Part shown: positions 1-8,044 of the stretch, piece by piece
How positions within the stretch are numbered: position 1 is the first letter of the stretch
Layout of the letters: every line of letters begins with the position of its first letter
DNA from: Bacteroidota bacterium
GTDB lineage: Bacteria; Bacteroidota; Bacteroidia; Chitinophagales; Chitinophagaceae
DNA: 64,000 bases
Assembly: GCA_023409675.1 (NCBI GenBank)
Contig: JAEYRC010000393.1
Location: forward strand, 6,621-70,620
Direction of reading: 5' to 3'
Notes under the pieces: generated by a model
The model's input: the letters and a program-made list of their open reading frames with translations, nothing else
Databases searched by the model: none
What the model was told of the DNA's origin: nothing
Made by a program: the position numbers and the translations under genes

Positions 1-401
1 TCAGCGCCTCTATGGGAAGAAGAGGTTTCGGGTACGTGGTGCTGCTGATCATGCTATTTACCTTCGGTGGCGCTGCCGGCATGTATGCGATAGAACGGAA
101 TAATCCAGGTTTTGAAAGCTATGGCATGGCTTTATGGTGGACTGCCATGCGAATCATTACCGCGGGCAGCGACTTCTGGCCTGCCACCACCGAAGGCCGC
201 GTACTGGCATTTATTTTATCTCTTTTTGGTTATGCGATATTCGGATATGTAACCGCAACACTGGCCACCTTCTTTATCGGCCGCGACGCGGAAGAACATA
301 ACGCACCGGTTGCCGGATCCAAAGAACTGGAAGAAGTGAAAAAGCTGGTGATCAGCTTAACTGAAAAGGTGGAAGATCTGCAGCGCAAAGCGGATCAATA
401 G
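1..401 (+). CDS. Ion-transport / K+-channel-like family protein, C-terminal part (5' end outside window)
   Basis: The frame is open to the window edge upstream of the ATG at 12. Two TM helices flank a pore-helix-like WWTAMRIITAGSDFWP, which aligns with the FWWAVVTMTTVGYGD region of K+ channels. A charged cytoplasmic tail follows. Confidence 0.55.
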   Translation, partial: SASMGRRGFGYVVLLIMLFTFGGAAGMYAIERNNPGFESYGMALWWTAMRIITAGSDFWPATTEGRVLAFILSLFGYAIFGYVTATLATFFIGRDAEEHNAPVAGSKELEEVKKLVISLTEKVEDLQRKADQ

Positions 402-558
402 GCTTTCAACTCTTTTTGCACATTGATGCATTTATATAGATTAAACAGTTTTATTTCCTGTCAAACTATCCGCGGGACCACCATTCCGCCCTGTGTGATG
501 TTTGTTACCTTTCCGTAAAATGAGAAATGGCATCTTTGTGCCGTAAAACTCATAATAC

Positions 559-1377
559 ATGGAAATTCTTGGTTATATGCTTGCCGGTTTAGTCGGGATT
601 TCACTCGGATTGATCGGCAGTGGTGGGTCCATTCTCACTGTTCCTATTCTGGTGTATGTAATGGGAATCGATCCGGTTATAGCCACTGCCTATTCACTCT
701 TCATTGTTGGGGCCACCTCTCTTGTAGGTGGGGTACAGAATGCCTTCCATAAAAATGTAGATTTCAAAACCGTACTCATCTTTGGTTTGCCATCGATAGC
801 GGCAGTATATGCCACGCGAAAATGGCTGATGCCCATCATTCCGCAGGAGATTTTTTCGGTTGGAGATTTTGTGGTTACCAAACCCATAGCGCTGATGGTA
901 TTGTTTGCTGTAGTGATGGTGTTTGCATCCCTTAGTATGATTCGTCCTTCAAAGAAATCGGAGGACAGCGTAGAAAAGGTCGTATTGAACTATAATTATC
1001 CCATGATCCTGCTTGAAGGAACCGTGGTGGGCATTCTTACCGGGCTGGTAGGTGCCGGTGGCGGATTTCTAATCATACCCGCACTGGTCATATTTGCACG
1101 GATGCCGATGAAGCTGGCGGTGGGAACCTCTCTGTTCATTATTGCTGCTAAATCATTGATCGGTTTTACAGGCGATCTGCAGGGTGATCAGTTGATCAAC
1201 TGGTCGCTGCTGGGCGCATTCACCGCTTTTGCTATAATTGGTATTTTTGCAGGCATATTACTATCCCGTAAAATACCCGGTGACAAACTGAAAAAAGCCT
1301 TTGGATGGTTTGTGTTGATAATGGGTATCTATATTTTCATTAACGAATTGTTTCTTTCAGGAGGCGGAGGGCATTAG
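559..1377 (+). CDS. Sulfite exporter TauE/SafE family membrane protein
   Basis: 272 aa, about 8 TM helices. It has the duplicated GxGGGxxxxP-type motifs typical of TauE/DUF81 (GSGGSILTVP and GAGGGFLIIP). It sits in a sulfur gene context. Confidence 0.85.
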   Translation: MEILGYMLAGLVGISLGLIGSGGSILTVPILVYVMGIDPVIATAYSLFIVGATSLVGGVQNAFHKNVDFKTVLIFGLPSIAAVYATRKWLMPIIPQEIFSVGDFVVTKPIALMVLFAVVMVFASLSMIRPSKKSEDSVEKVVLNYNYPMILLEGTVVGILTGLVGAGGGFLIIPALVIFARMPMKLAVGTSLFIIAAKSLIGFTGDLQGDQLINWSLLGAFTAFAIIGIFAGILLSRKIPGDKLKKAFGWFVLIMGIYIFINELFLSGGGGH

Positions 1378-1507
1378 GTTGTAATGGTCAACAGCAATAC
1401 CGAAAGCTAATTAAAATCATTCTCCTCTGTAACCAAAGTTACCATCAGCAGAATAAATAAAACAGACATTTGTATAAACGTTCTAAACACTACTTAAAAC
1501 AATAATT

Positions 1508-2908
1508 ATGTATTTCCAACATGTTTACGACAAGAGCCTTGCTCAGGCCAGCTATTTTATCGGTTGCCAGAAAGCCGGAGTGGCAGCGGTTATTGATGCC
1601 AAGCGGGATGTAGATACATACCTGGAAATCGCGAAAGCGAACAATATGAAGATCACTCATATTTTTGAAACTCATATCCATGCGGATTTTCTTGCCGGCT
1701 CCCGTGAACTGGCCAGTTTAACCGGTGCTGAACTCTATCTTTCTGATGAAGGCGGCGAAGGATGGGAGTATGAATTTCCTCATCATGGCCTAAAGGATGG
1801 CGATAAGGTCCAGGTTGGTAACCTCACCTTTGAAGTATTGCATACCCCAGGTCACACACCGGAAAGCATCAGTTTTCTGCTAACAGATAATCCGGCTTCA
1901 CCTGAGCCTGTGATGTTGTTTACCGGAGACTTTGTTTTCGTTGGTGATATCGGAAGGCCTGATCTGCTCGAAAAAGCGGCCGGTGTTACAGGCACTGCTC
2001 AATCTGGTGCAAAGGAAATGTATAAATCTATCAAACGTTTTGCTGAACTTCCCGATCACCTGCAGGTTTGGCCCGGTCATGGCGCCGGTAGTGCCTGTGG
2101 CAAAGCCCTGGGAGCTGTACCAAGTACAACAGTAGGTTATGAGAAGATCCGCAACTGGGCATTGCAGTATACCGATAATCAGCAGGGATTCATTCAATAC
2201 CTTCTGGAAGATCAGCCGGAACCGCCGAAGTATTTTGCCATGATGAAAAAGCTCAATAAGGTCGACCGGCCCTTACTTACTGAAGTTCCTAAGCTTAAAA
2301 AACTCAATGCGGCAGAGTTGAATGAGGCCCTGGCTAAAAATATAAAGCTTATCGATACCCGTGAAAAAACGGTGTTTGCCAAAGGGTTTATACCCGGCAG
2401 CTTTAATATTCAGGGTAATAATTCATTCTCTACCTGGGCGGGATGGTTCCTTAACTATGAAGAACCATTTATCCTGGTGGCTGATGAAGCAGCGCTTGAT
2501 GACCTTACCCGCAAGCTTATGCGCATTGGACTGGACAATATCTATGGCTATATTCCATCTGTAGATATATATACGGAGAATGGCGGCAAACTGGAAACAG
2601 CGAATGTAATTACATTAGATAAAGCGCGTGACCTCATTCAGAACAATAATATTCAGTTGATTGATATTCGTGGCGAGTCTGAATTTAGGGCTGGTCATAT
2701 CAAGGGGGCCGATAACTTGTTCCTGGGAACATTGCCTCAGCACCTCGATAAAGTGAGTAAGGATAAGCAAGTTGTTATTCACTGTCAGAGTGGCGATAGG
2801 GCAGCGATAGGGTATTCCATTCTTGCAAGGAATGGTTTCAAAAACATCGCTAATTTTTCAGGAGGCTTGAAGGAATGGATTAACAGCGGTGAACCGGTGG
2901 TATCCTGA
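1508..2908 (+). CDS. MBL-fold persulfide dioxygenase fused to two rhodanese-like domains (CstB-like)
   Basis: N-terminal metallo-beta-lactamase motif THIHADF with downstream HTPGHT and a GDxxF/GRPD region. Two C-terminal rhodanese-like domains follow, and the last one carries the active-site loop HCQSGDRAA (Cys codon 2783-2785). Confidence 0.85.
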   Translation: MYFQHVYDKSLAQASYFIGCQKAGVAAVIDAKRDVDTYLEIAKANNMKITHIFETHIHADFLAGSRELASLTGAELYLSDEGGEGWEYEFPHHGLKDGDKVQVGNLTFEVLHTPGHTPESISFLLTDNPASPEPVMLFTGDFVFVGDIGRPDLLEKAAGVTGTAQSGAKEMYKSIKRFAELPDHLQVWPGHGAGSACGKALGAVPSTTVGYEKIRNWALQYTDNQQGFIQYLLEDQPEPPKYFAMMKKLNKVDRPLLTEVPKLKKLNAAELNEALAKNIKLIDTREKTVFAKGFIPGSFNIQGNNSFSTWAGWFLNYEEPFILVADEAALDDLTRKLMRIGLDNIYGYIPSVDIYTENGGKLETANVITLDKARDLIQNNNIQLIDIRGESEFRAGHIKGADNLFLGTLPQHLDKVSKDKQVVIHCQSGDRAAIGYSILARNGFKNIANFSGGLKEWINSGEPVVS

Positions 2909-2924
2909 TCTGTATTTAATTCAA

Positions 2925-2959
2925 AAAACCGCATCGATCAAAATCATGCGGTTTTTTTT
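2925..2959 (+). terminator. Rho-independent terminator after the PDO-rhodanese gene
   Basis: Stem aaaaccgcat (2925-2934) pairs with atgcggtttt (2946-2955) around an 11-nt loop. A run of T follows, 17 nt after the stop codon. Confidence 0.65.
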
Positions 2960-2984
2960 ATTTCAATATAAAATAATCAGTTGA

Positions 2985-4268
2985 ATGCAGGGACTCAGCA
3001 AAAACCGCGGGCAATTTATGTTACTGGTACTGGTCAATGCCTTTGTGGGCGCCATGATCGGTTTGGAACGCGCCGTGATACCAGGATTTGCTGAGGAGAA
3101 GTTCGGGATTGAAGCCCCGGTTGCGGTGTCTGGATTCATAGCAGCTTTCGGCATCACCAAGGCCATCAGCAATTATGCGGTAGGACGGCTAACCCGTACC
3201 TATAGTCGCAAATCAGTACTCACAGTCGGCTGGATCGTTGGATTGCCGGTGCCTTTTTTACTAATGTTTGCCGACAGTTGGTCATGGGTCATATTCGCGA
3301 ATATTTTACTGGGCATTAACCAGGGATTAACCTGGAGTGTAACAGTAATCATGAAAATAGATCTGGTCGGGGCGCGGCAGCGGGGCCTCGCAATGGGTAT
3401 CAATGAATTTGCCGGCTATCTTGCGGTAGGATTAGCATCATTTCTCGCTACAGGAATCGCCGCCCGTCATGGCTCTATTTTCTATCCATTTATTCCGGGA
3501 ATTTTATTCGCTGTTGCCGGCTTGCTGCTGAGCTGGCTTTATGTAAAGGATACGCGCCAGTTTGTACATGCGGAAAGCAGTCGCAGTACAATTCCATACC
3601 TGAAAAACATCTGGAAATCGACAAGCTGGCAACACCCCAACCTGGGAAGTGTAACCCTAAACGGACTGATTAACAATATGAACGATGCGGTAGTATGGGG
3701 CCTCTTGCCGTTGGTTCTGTTACAGCGTGATTTTACAATATATGAAACCGGTGTTATCGCCGGTACTTATCCGGTAGTATGGGGGGTCGGACAATTATTC
3801 ACAGGCAGTATGGGAGACCATATCTGTAAGAAACAATTGATCATCAGTGGGATGCTGTTACAGGCTATGGCCATTGGCGTACTGGCTTTTTCCACTGTTT
3901 TTCCGGTATTGATGGCTGCAGCGGTAATGCTGGGGCTGGGAACCGCATTGGTTTACCCGAATTTCAATGCTGTAATCGCGGAAAATTCTCATCCCGTTCA
4001 GCGGGCAGAATCTTTAAGTATCTTTAGATTCTGGCGCGACAGTGGTTATGTGGCGGGAGCGTTTCTCGCCGGTCTTCTCGCAACATTTTTTGGATCGGCA
4101 AATGCCTTACTGATCACAGCCGCGCTAACTGCAGTAGCAGCACTTATTGCTCATATCAGGATGTGCTGTACCGGTAGAACCCTGTGGTTTGACCGGATCT
4201 GTACAACAGGTGAATCAAATGATTATGGAAGATCAACAACTCAAGGGTCAGCGACCCCTTATCAATAA
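2985..4268 (+). CDS. MFS transporter
   Basis: 427 aa with about 12 predicted TM helices. It has an MFS-type loop motif GRLTRTYSRK between TM2 and TM3. The 3' end overlaps the next gene by about 50 nt, and the last ~35 aa look non-membrane and of low quality. Confidence 0.8.
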   Translation: MQGLSKNRGQFMLLVLVNAFVGAMIGLERAVIPGFAEEKFGIEAPVAVSGFIAAFGITKAISNYAVGRLTRTYSRKSVLTVGWIVGLPVPFLLMFADSWSWVIFANILLGINQGLTWSVTVIMKIDLVGARQRGLAMGINEFAGYLAVGLASFLATGIAARHGSIFYPFIPGILFAVAGLLLSWLYVKDTRQFVHAESSRSTIPYLKNIWKSTSWQHPNLGSVTLNGLINNMNDAVVWGLLPLVLLQRDFTIYETGVIAGTYPVVWGVGQLFTGSMGDHICKKQLIISGMLLQAMAIGVLAFSTVFPVLMAAAVMLGLGTALVYPNFNAVIAENSHPVQRAESLSIFRFWRDSGYVAGAFLAGLLATFFGSANALLITAALTAVAALIAHIRMCCTGRTLWFDRICTTGESNDYGRSTTQGSATPYQ

Positions 4269-4551
4269 AGACCTTATCCTTCGCGAGCGGCTGGCCATAG
4301 AGCGGACAGATCTGGCGATTGACCGGACATTGCTGGCCTTTGTTCGCACGGCATTGTATTTCTCTATTGCAGGAATGACCGTAAACAGCCTGCTGGAAAT
4401 TAGTTATGGGTGGTGGATTGAAATTGTTTTCTGGATCCTCAGTGTGCTGGTGCTGGTCGTGGGGCTGCTCATTTTTATCCGTAAAAAAAAGAAACTCAGG
4501 GCCAGTAAAATTCATATCGGTAGGTTTCGTGATGACCTGGATATGGAGTAA
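4219..4551 (+). CDS. DUF202 (YidH-like) small membrane protein
   Basis: The ERLAIERTDLAIDRTLLAFVRTAL motif followed by two TM helices is the DUF202 signature. I place the start at the internal ATG 4219, not the track start 4147, which lies deep inside the MFS gene. Confidence 0.65.
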   Translation: MIMEDQQLKGQRPLINKDLILRERLAIERTDLAIDRTLLAFVRTALYFSIAGMTVNSLLEISYGWWIEIVFWILSVLVLVVGLLIFIRKKKKLRASKIHIGRFRDDLDME

Positions 4552-4618
4552 ATCGCTCTTCTTTGGGTCAATGCTGACCTGTGTAACCTTTATCACCAAT
4601 TTCCCTTTTTTCTAAGTG

Positions 4619-4626
4619 TAGATTTG
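4619..4626 (+). promoter_or_regulatory. Candidate Bacteroidota -7 promoter box (TAGATTTG)
   Basis: Exact match to the TAnnTTTG -7 consensus of Bacteroidota sigma-A promoters, 94 nt upstream of the rhodanese ATG, in a 168-nt intergenic gap. Confidence 0.35.
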
Positions 4627-4719
4627 TGTTAGACATTCAGTCAATCGTTCAGTACCACACTAAATGAGTCAGGTATCAAAGATTGGCGATTAATTCAGCT
4701 AATAATAAAATCTACGATC

Positions 4720-5025
4720 ATGGGAATTTTTTCTTCATTTTTCGGAAGCAATGCAAAGCTCCAGGATATTGTTGATGCCGGAGCATTTCTGGTAGATGTT
4801 CGTACGCCCGGCGAATTTGCAGACGGCCATGTTCCTGGTTCGGTGAACATACCGTTGGATTCCATCCAGGCAAATCTGGATAAATTCAGAAATAAGGAAA
4901 ACATTGTCGTTTTCTGCAGAAGCGGTAACCGTAGCGGACAGGCAAAGTCAATCCTGGAACGCAACGGCTTCAATAACGTTACCAATGGAGGCACCTGGCA
5001 GACGGTAAACCAATTGGTCAAATAA
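4720..5025 (+). CDS. Single-domain rhodanese-like sulfurtransferase
   Basis: 101 aa. It has the DVRTPGEFADGHVPGSVNIP motif and the active-site loop FCRSGNRSGQA. Confidence 0.85.
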   Translation: MGIFSSFFGSNAKLQDIVDAGAFLVDVRTPGEFADGHVPGSVNIPLDSIQANLDKFRNKENIVVFCRSGNRSGQAKSILERNGFNNVTNGGTWQTVNQLVK

Positions 5026-5070
5026 TTCCGGTATACCGCATTTTTCACAAAGCAGTTCTAAATTGATTAC

Positions 5071-5907
5071 ATGCAAGCTCTAAAAATACTTATCCCAACC
5101 GACTTTTCGATTCAGTCAGACTATGCCTACCTGATGGTAAAGAAGCTCGAAGAAAGAATTCCGGCGGACATTCATTTCCTGCATGTACTTGCAGTTCCCG
5201 ACACCGTTACGCTGAGCCCCTCAGGAGAAATTCAAACCTGCGGCGAAATTGATGTCCGTTATGTGGAAGACCAGAAAAGTATCGCCGAGCGTAAACTTGC
5301 CGAACTCAGGCAGCATTACGGCGAAGCCATCCATACTCATCTGGTCCTGGGCAAAATTACTGATGCCATTATCGGGTTCGCTGCCACTGGTCAATTCGAC
5401 CTGATCGTGATGGGTACGAAAGGCTCTTTCGGACTGAAAGAGAAGTTTTCCGGTTCCGAAGCGCGGATTGTTGCCCGAAAATCACCGACGCCGGTCCTTT
5501 CACTAATGTGCGATCGCTCCGACCTGAAGCCGGATAATATATTACTGGTTCATAACTTTGATCATCCTTCAGCAGAAGACCTAACGCTTCTGAAAACTAT
5601 ATCCCTTGCCTTTGGTTCAAGGATACATCTGTTGCAAATCATTACCGGAAAAGGCGAACATAATGAAGAACAGGTTCGGAAAAATATGGAAGCGTTTGCC
5701 CGACTGAATGGTCTGGAATCCTATGACGCGCATGTGCTCAAAGATTCCGATGTGGAGCAGGGTGTAGTGCATTTTAATCAGCAGATCAATATGGATATTG
5801 TTTGTATTGGCACACATGGTAAAGGAAATATCTTTCACCAAAGCGCAGCCGAAAAGCTTATACAACATCTTTTTAAACCCATTATTTCATTTCATCTAAA
5901 TCAATAA
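5071..5907 (+). CDS. Universal stress protein, tandem UspA domains
   Basis: 278 aa made of two Usp-like halves. The first carries DLIVMGTKGS and the second DIVCIGTHGKG, both ATP-binding-type G-x2-G-x9-G(S/T) regions. Confidence 0.8.
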   Translation: MQALKILIPTDFSIQSDYAYLMVKKLEERIPADIHFLHVLAVPDTVTLSPSGEIQTCGEIDVRYVEDQKSIAERKLAELRQHYGEAIHTHLVLGKITDAIIGFAATGQFDLIVMGTKGSFGLKEKFSGSEARIVARKSPTPVLSLMCDRSDLKPDNILLVHNFDHPSAEDLTLLKTISLAFGSRIHLLQIITGKGEHNEEQVRKNMEAFARLNGLESYDAHVLKDSDVEQGVVHFNQQINMDIVCIGTHGKGNIFHQSAAEKLIQHLFKPIISFHLNQ

Positions 5908-5912
5908 GCAAT

Positions 5913-6470
5913 ATGCCTGAATTTTTAACGCAAGCCTGGAGCTGGTGGTTTTCGGGAGCCATGATCGCAGCGATCATGTTTTTTCTTCTGTTTTTCGGAA
6001 AATCGTTTGGGTTCTCCTCCAATCTGAGGACTATTTGTGCAGCGACCGGAATAGGAAAAAAAGTGAAATTCTTTGATTTCAACTGGAAGGGCCAGGTGTG
6101 GAACCTTGTATTTCTTGCAGGAGCTATAATTGGGGGCTTTATTGCGCACCAGTTTTTATCTGACGACACCCCGGTTCAGCTCTCGGCGGCCACTATCGAA
6201 GATCTTGGCAAGTTGGGTTTTGCTGCGCCGCAGTCCTTACAGCCGATGGAATTGTTCAGTGTTGAATCGATGTTCAGCCTGAAAGGATTTTTAATTCTGG
6301 CAGCAGGTGGACTTATGGTTGGGTTTGGCTCAAGGTATGCCGGCGGCTGTACTTCCGGTCATGCTATTAGCGGCCTGTCGGATCTTCAGCTCCCTTCCCT
6401 GATTTCTGTTATTGGTTTTTTCATTGGTGGTCTGATTATGACCTTTATCATCTTTCCTATAATTTTTTAA
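5913..6470 (+). CDS. YeeE/YedE family sulfur-compound transporter subunit
   Basis: 185 aa polytopic membrane protein. It has the YeeE/YedE sulphur-transport motif GSRYAGGCTSGH. It starts 5 nt after the previous gene and ends 3 nt before the next. Confidence 0.8.
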   Translation: MPEFLTQAWSWWFSGAMIAAIMFFLLFFGKSFGFSSNLRTICAATGIGKKVKFFDFNWKGQVWNLVFLAGAIIGGFIAHQFLSDDTPVQLSAATIEDLGKLGFAAPQSLQPMELFSVESMFSLKGFLILAAGGLMVGFGSRYAGGCTSGHAISGLSDLQLPSLISVIGFFIGGLIMTFIIFPIIF

Positions 6471-6473
6471 AAT

Positions 6474-6887
6474 ATGAAGTTTATAAAGTTTTTGGTACTG
6501 GGAATCGTATTTGGAATTATAATGGCCAAATCTGAAGCTATTTCCTGGTTCAGAATTCAGGAGATGTTCCGGTTCCAGTCTTTTCATATGTATGGTATTA
6601 TTGGTACAGCGGTAACCCTTGGTGTTATTGGGGTAGCGTTGATTAAAAAATTCCGTATCCGTGATTATCATGGAAACCCTATCCAGTTTCATCCCAAGGA
6701 TAAATCGGTGACCCGCTATCTTGCCGGTGGCACGATCTTCGGTTTAGGATGGGCGTTAACCGGTGCCTGTCCGGGGCCTATGGTAGTGAATATCGGTTAT
6801 GGTTTCCTTGCTATGATCATTGTGTTTCTGTTTGCCATCATCGGAACTTTCTTATATGGTTATTATAAGAACCGTCTTCCGCATTAA
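6474..6887 (+). CDS. YeeE/YedE-like (second half-transporter) membrane protein
   Basis: 137 aa with 4 TM helices and the motif GLGWALTGACPGP. It pairs with the upstream YeeE/YedE gene, as is usual for the split form of this family. Confidence 0.75.
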   Translation: MKFIKFLVLGIVFGIIMAKSEAISWFRIQEMFRFQSFHMYGIIGTAVTLGVIGVALIKKFRIRDYHGNPIQFHPKDKSVTRYLAGGTIFGLGWALTGACPGPMVVNIGYGFLAMIIVFLFAIIGTFLYGYYKNRLPH

Positions 6888-6904
6888 CCTTTAAAGCGAT
6901 TGCC

Positions 6905-7963
6905 ATGCAGGTTTTACCAGATGAGAAAAATACAACCCCAGCTTTGCTGTCAACAGTCAGTAAATTGATTCTATTGATCGTTTTGCTGATCATTGCCCTG
7001 ATTGCCATGCCCGTATATTTTTATTTTGCACGCAAAACAGCGCCCGCGGATAAGGTCAGTAAACAAGCCGCAAAGCAGCCTGCTGCAGATTTTAAAAAAG
7101 CGGTAAAATTCTGGCAGCCTGCGGAACTTCTGTTGATAGAAGATGACAGCATCCGGGAACTGGCGTTGTATGGTCGTGAACTGATTGCACATACCTCCAA
7201 ATACCTCGGCCCAAAAGGATCGGTGGAGGCGTTGAGTAACGGAATGAATTGTCAGAACTGTCATCTGCAGGCTGGTACAGCGGTATTTGGGAATAACTTT
7301 GGCGCTGTAGCAGCTTCTTACCCTAAATTCAGGGCAAGAAGCGGAACAGAAGAAAAGCTCACCAAACGGATTGAAGACTGTTTTGAGCGAAGTTTAAATG
7401 GTAAGGCGCCTGCCCTGGCATCCAGGGAAATGCGCGCACTGGTAACGTATATTGAGTATATCGGATCTAATGTGTCCAGGGGTGGAACGGCGGCAGGGTC
7501 GGGACTTAAAGACCTTGCCTTTTTGAACCGTGCTGCAGATCCGCATGCCGGTAAACAGGTTTATGAAATAAAATGCCAGAGTTGTCATCAGGCAGACGGA
7601 AGCGGAGTATTAAATCCTTCTGGTACTGAATATACCTTCCCGCCACTATGGGGAAATGCGAGTTATAATGATGGCGCCGGGTTATTCCGCCTCTCGAATT
7701 TCGCCCGCTTTGCGAAATACAATATGCCCCAGGGCGCAACACATGAAAACATATTCTTATCGGATGAAGAAGCATGGGATGTAGCGGCATATGTTAATAC
7801 GCAGCCGCGCCCACACCTCAGGGTTCCCCGCGACTGGCCGGATATCCGTTCAAAGCCGGCTGATCATCCTTTTGGACCTTATGCAGATAGCTTTTCTGAA
7901 AAACAACACAAGTTTGGTCCCTTCGCACCTATCGTTGCTGCACAAACGAAAGGGAAACCCTGA
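6905..7963 (+). CDS. Diheme c-type cytochrome, TsdA/SoxA-like (candidate thiosulfate dehydrogenase), N-terminally membrane anchored
   Basis: Two heme-binding sites: CQNCH (7250-7264) and CQSCH (7574-7588). The YPKFRARSG...RIEDCFERSLNGK block, with Cys at 7379-7381, resembles the TsdA region that carries the axial Cys ligand. There is an N-terminal hydrophobic helix (LILLIVLLIIALIAMPVYFYF). Confidence 0.7.
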   Translation: MQVLPDEKNTTPALLSTVSKLILLIVLLIIALIAMPVYFYFARKTAPADKVSKQAAKQPAADFKKAVKFWQPAELLLIEDDSIRELALYGRELIAHTSKYLGPKGSVEALSNGMNCQNCHLQAGTAVFGNNFGAVAASYPKFRARSGTEEKLTKRIEDCFERSLNGKAPALASREMRALVTYIEYIGSNVSRGGTAAGSGLKDLAFLNRAADPHAGKQVYEIKCQSCHQADGSGVLNPSGTEYTFPPLWGNASYNDGAGLFRLSNFARFAKYNMPQGATHENIFLSDEEAWDVAAYVNTQPRPHLRVPRDWPDIRSKPADHPFGPYADSFSEKQHKFGPFAPIVAAQTKGKP

Positions 7964-8044
7964 GGTCTCCCTTTACAGCTCCAAAGTGCTTTCCGTCAGG
8001 TTTCCGAAAAATGCGGCTTAGATGCTGCTGTATGCAATTCTTTC

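Noticed and set aside
4147-4268. The overlap between the MFS ORF tail and the DUF202 ORF might indicate a frameshifted fusion or programmed frameshift.
   Set aside because: The DUF202 homology starts only after the internal ATG at 4219, and the MFS protein already has its full set of TM helices before the overlap. An ordinary ~50-nt overlap, or a slightly extended MFS tail, explains it.
7944-7972. The hairpin aaaggga…tcccttt spanning the cytochrome stop codon might be a terminator.
   Set aside because: It has only a 7-bp AT-rich stem with an ~11-nt loop and no clear U-tract. That is too weak to call.
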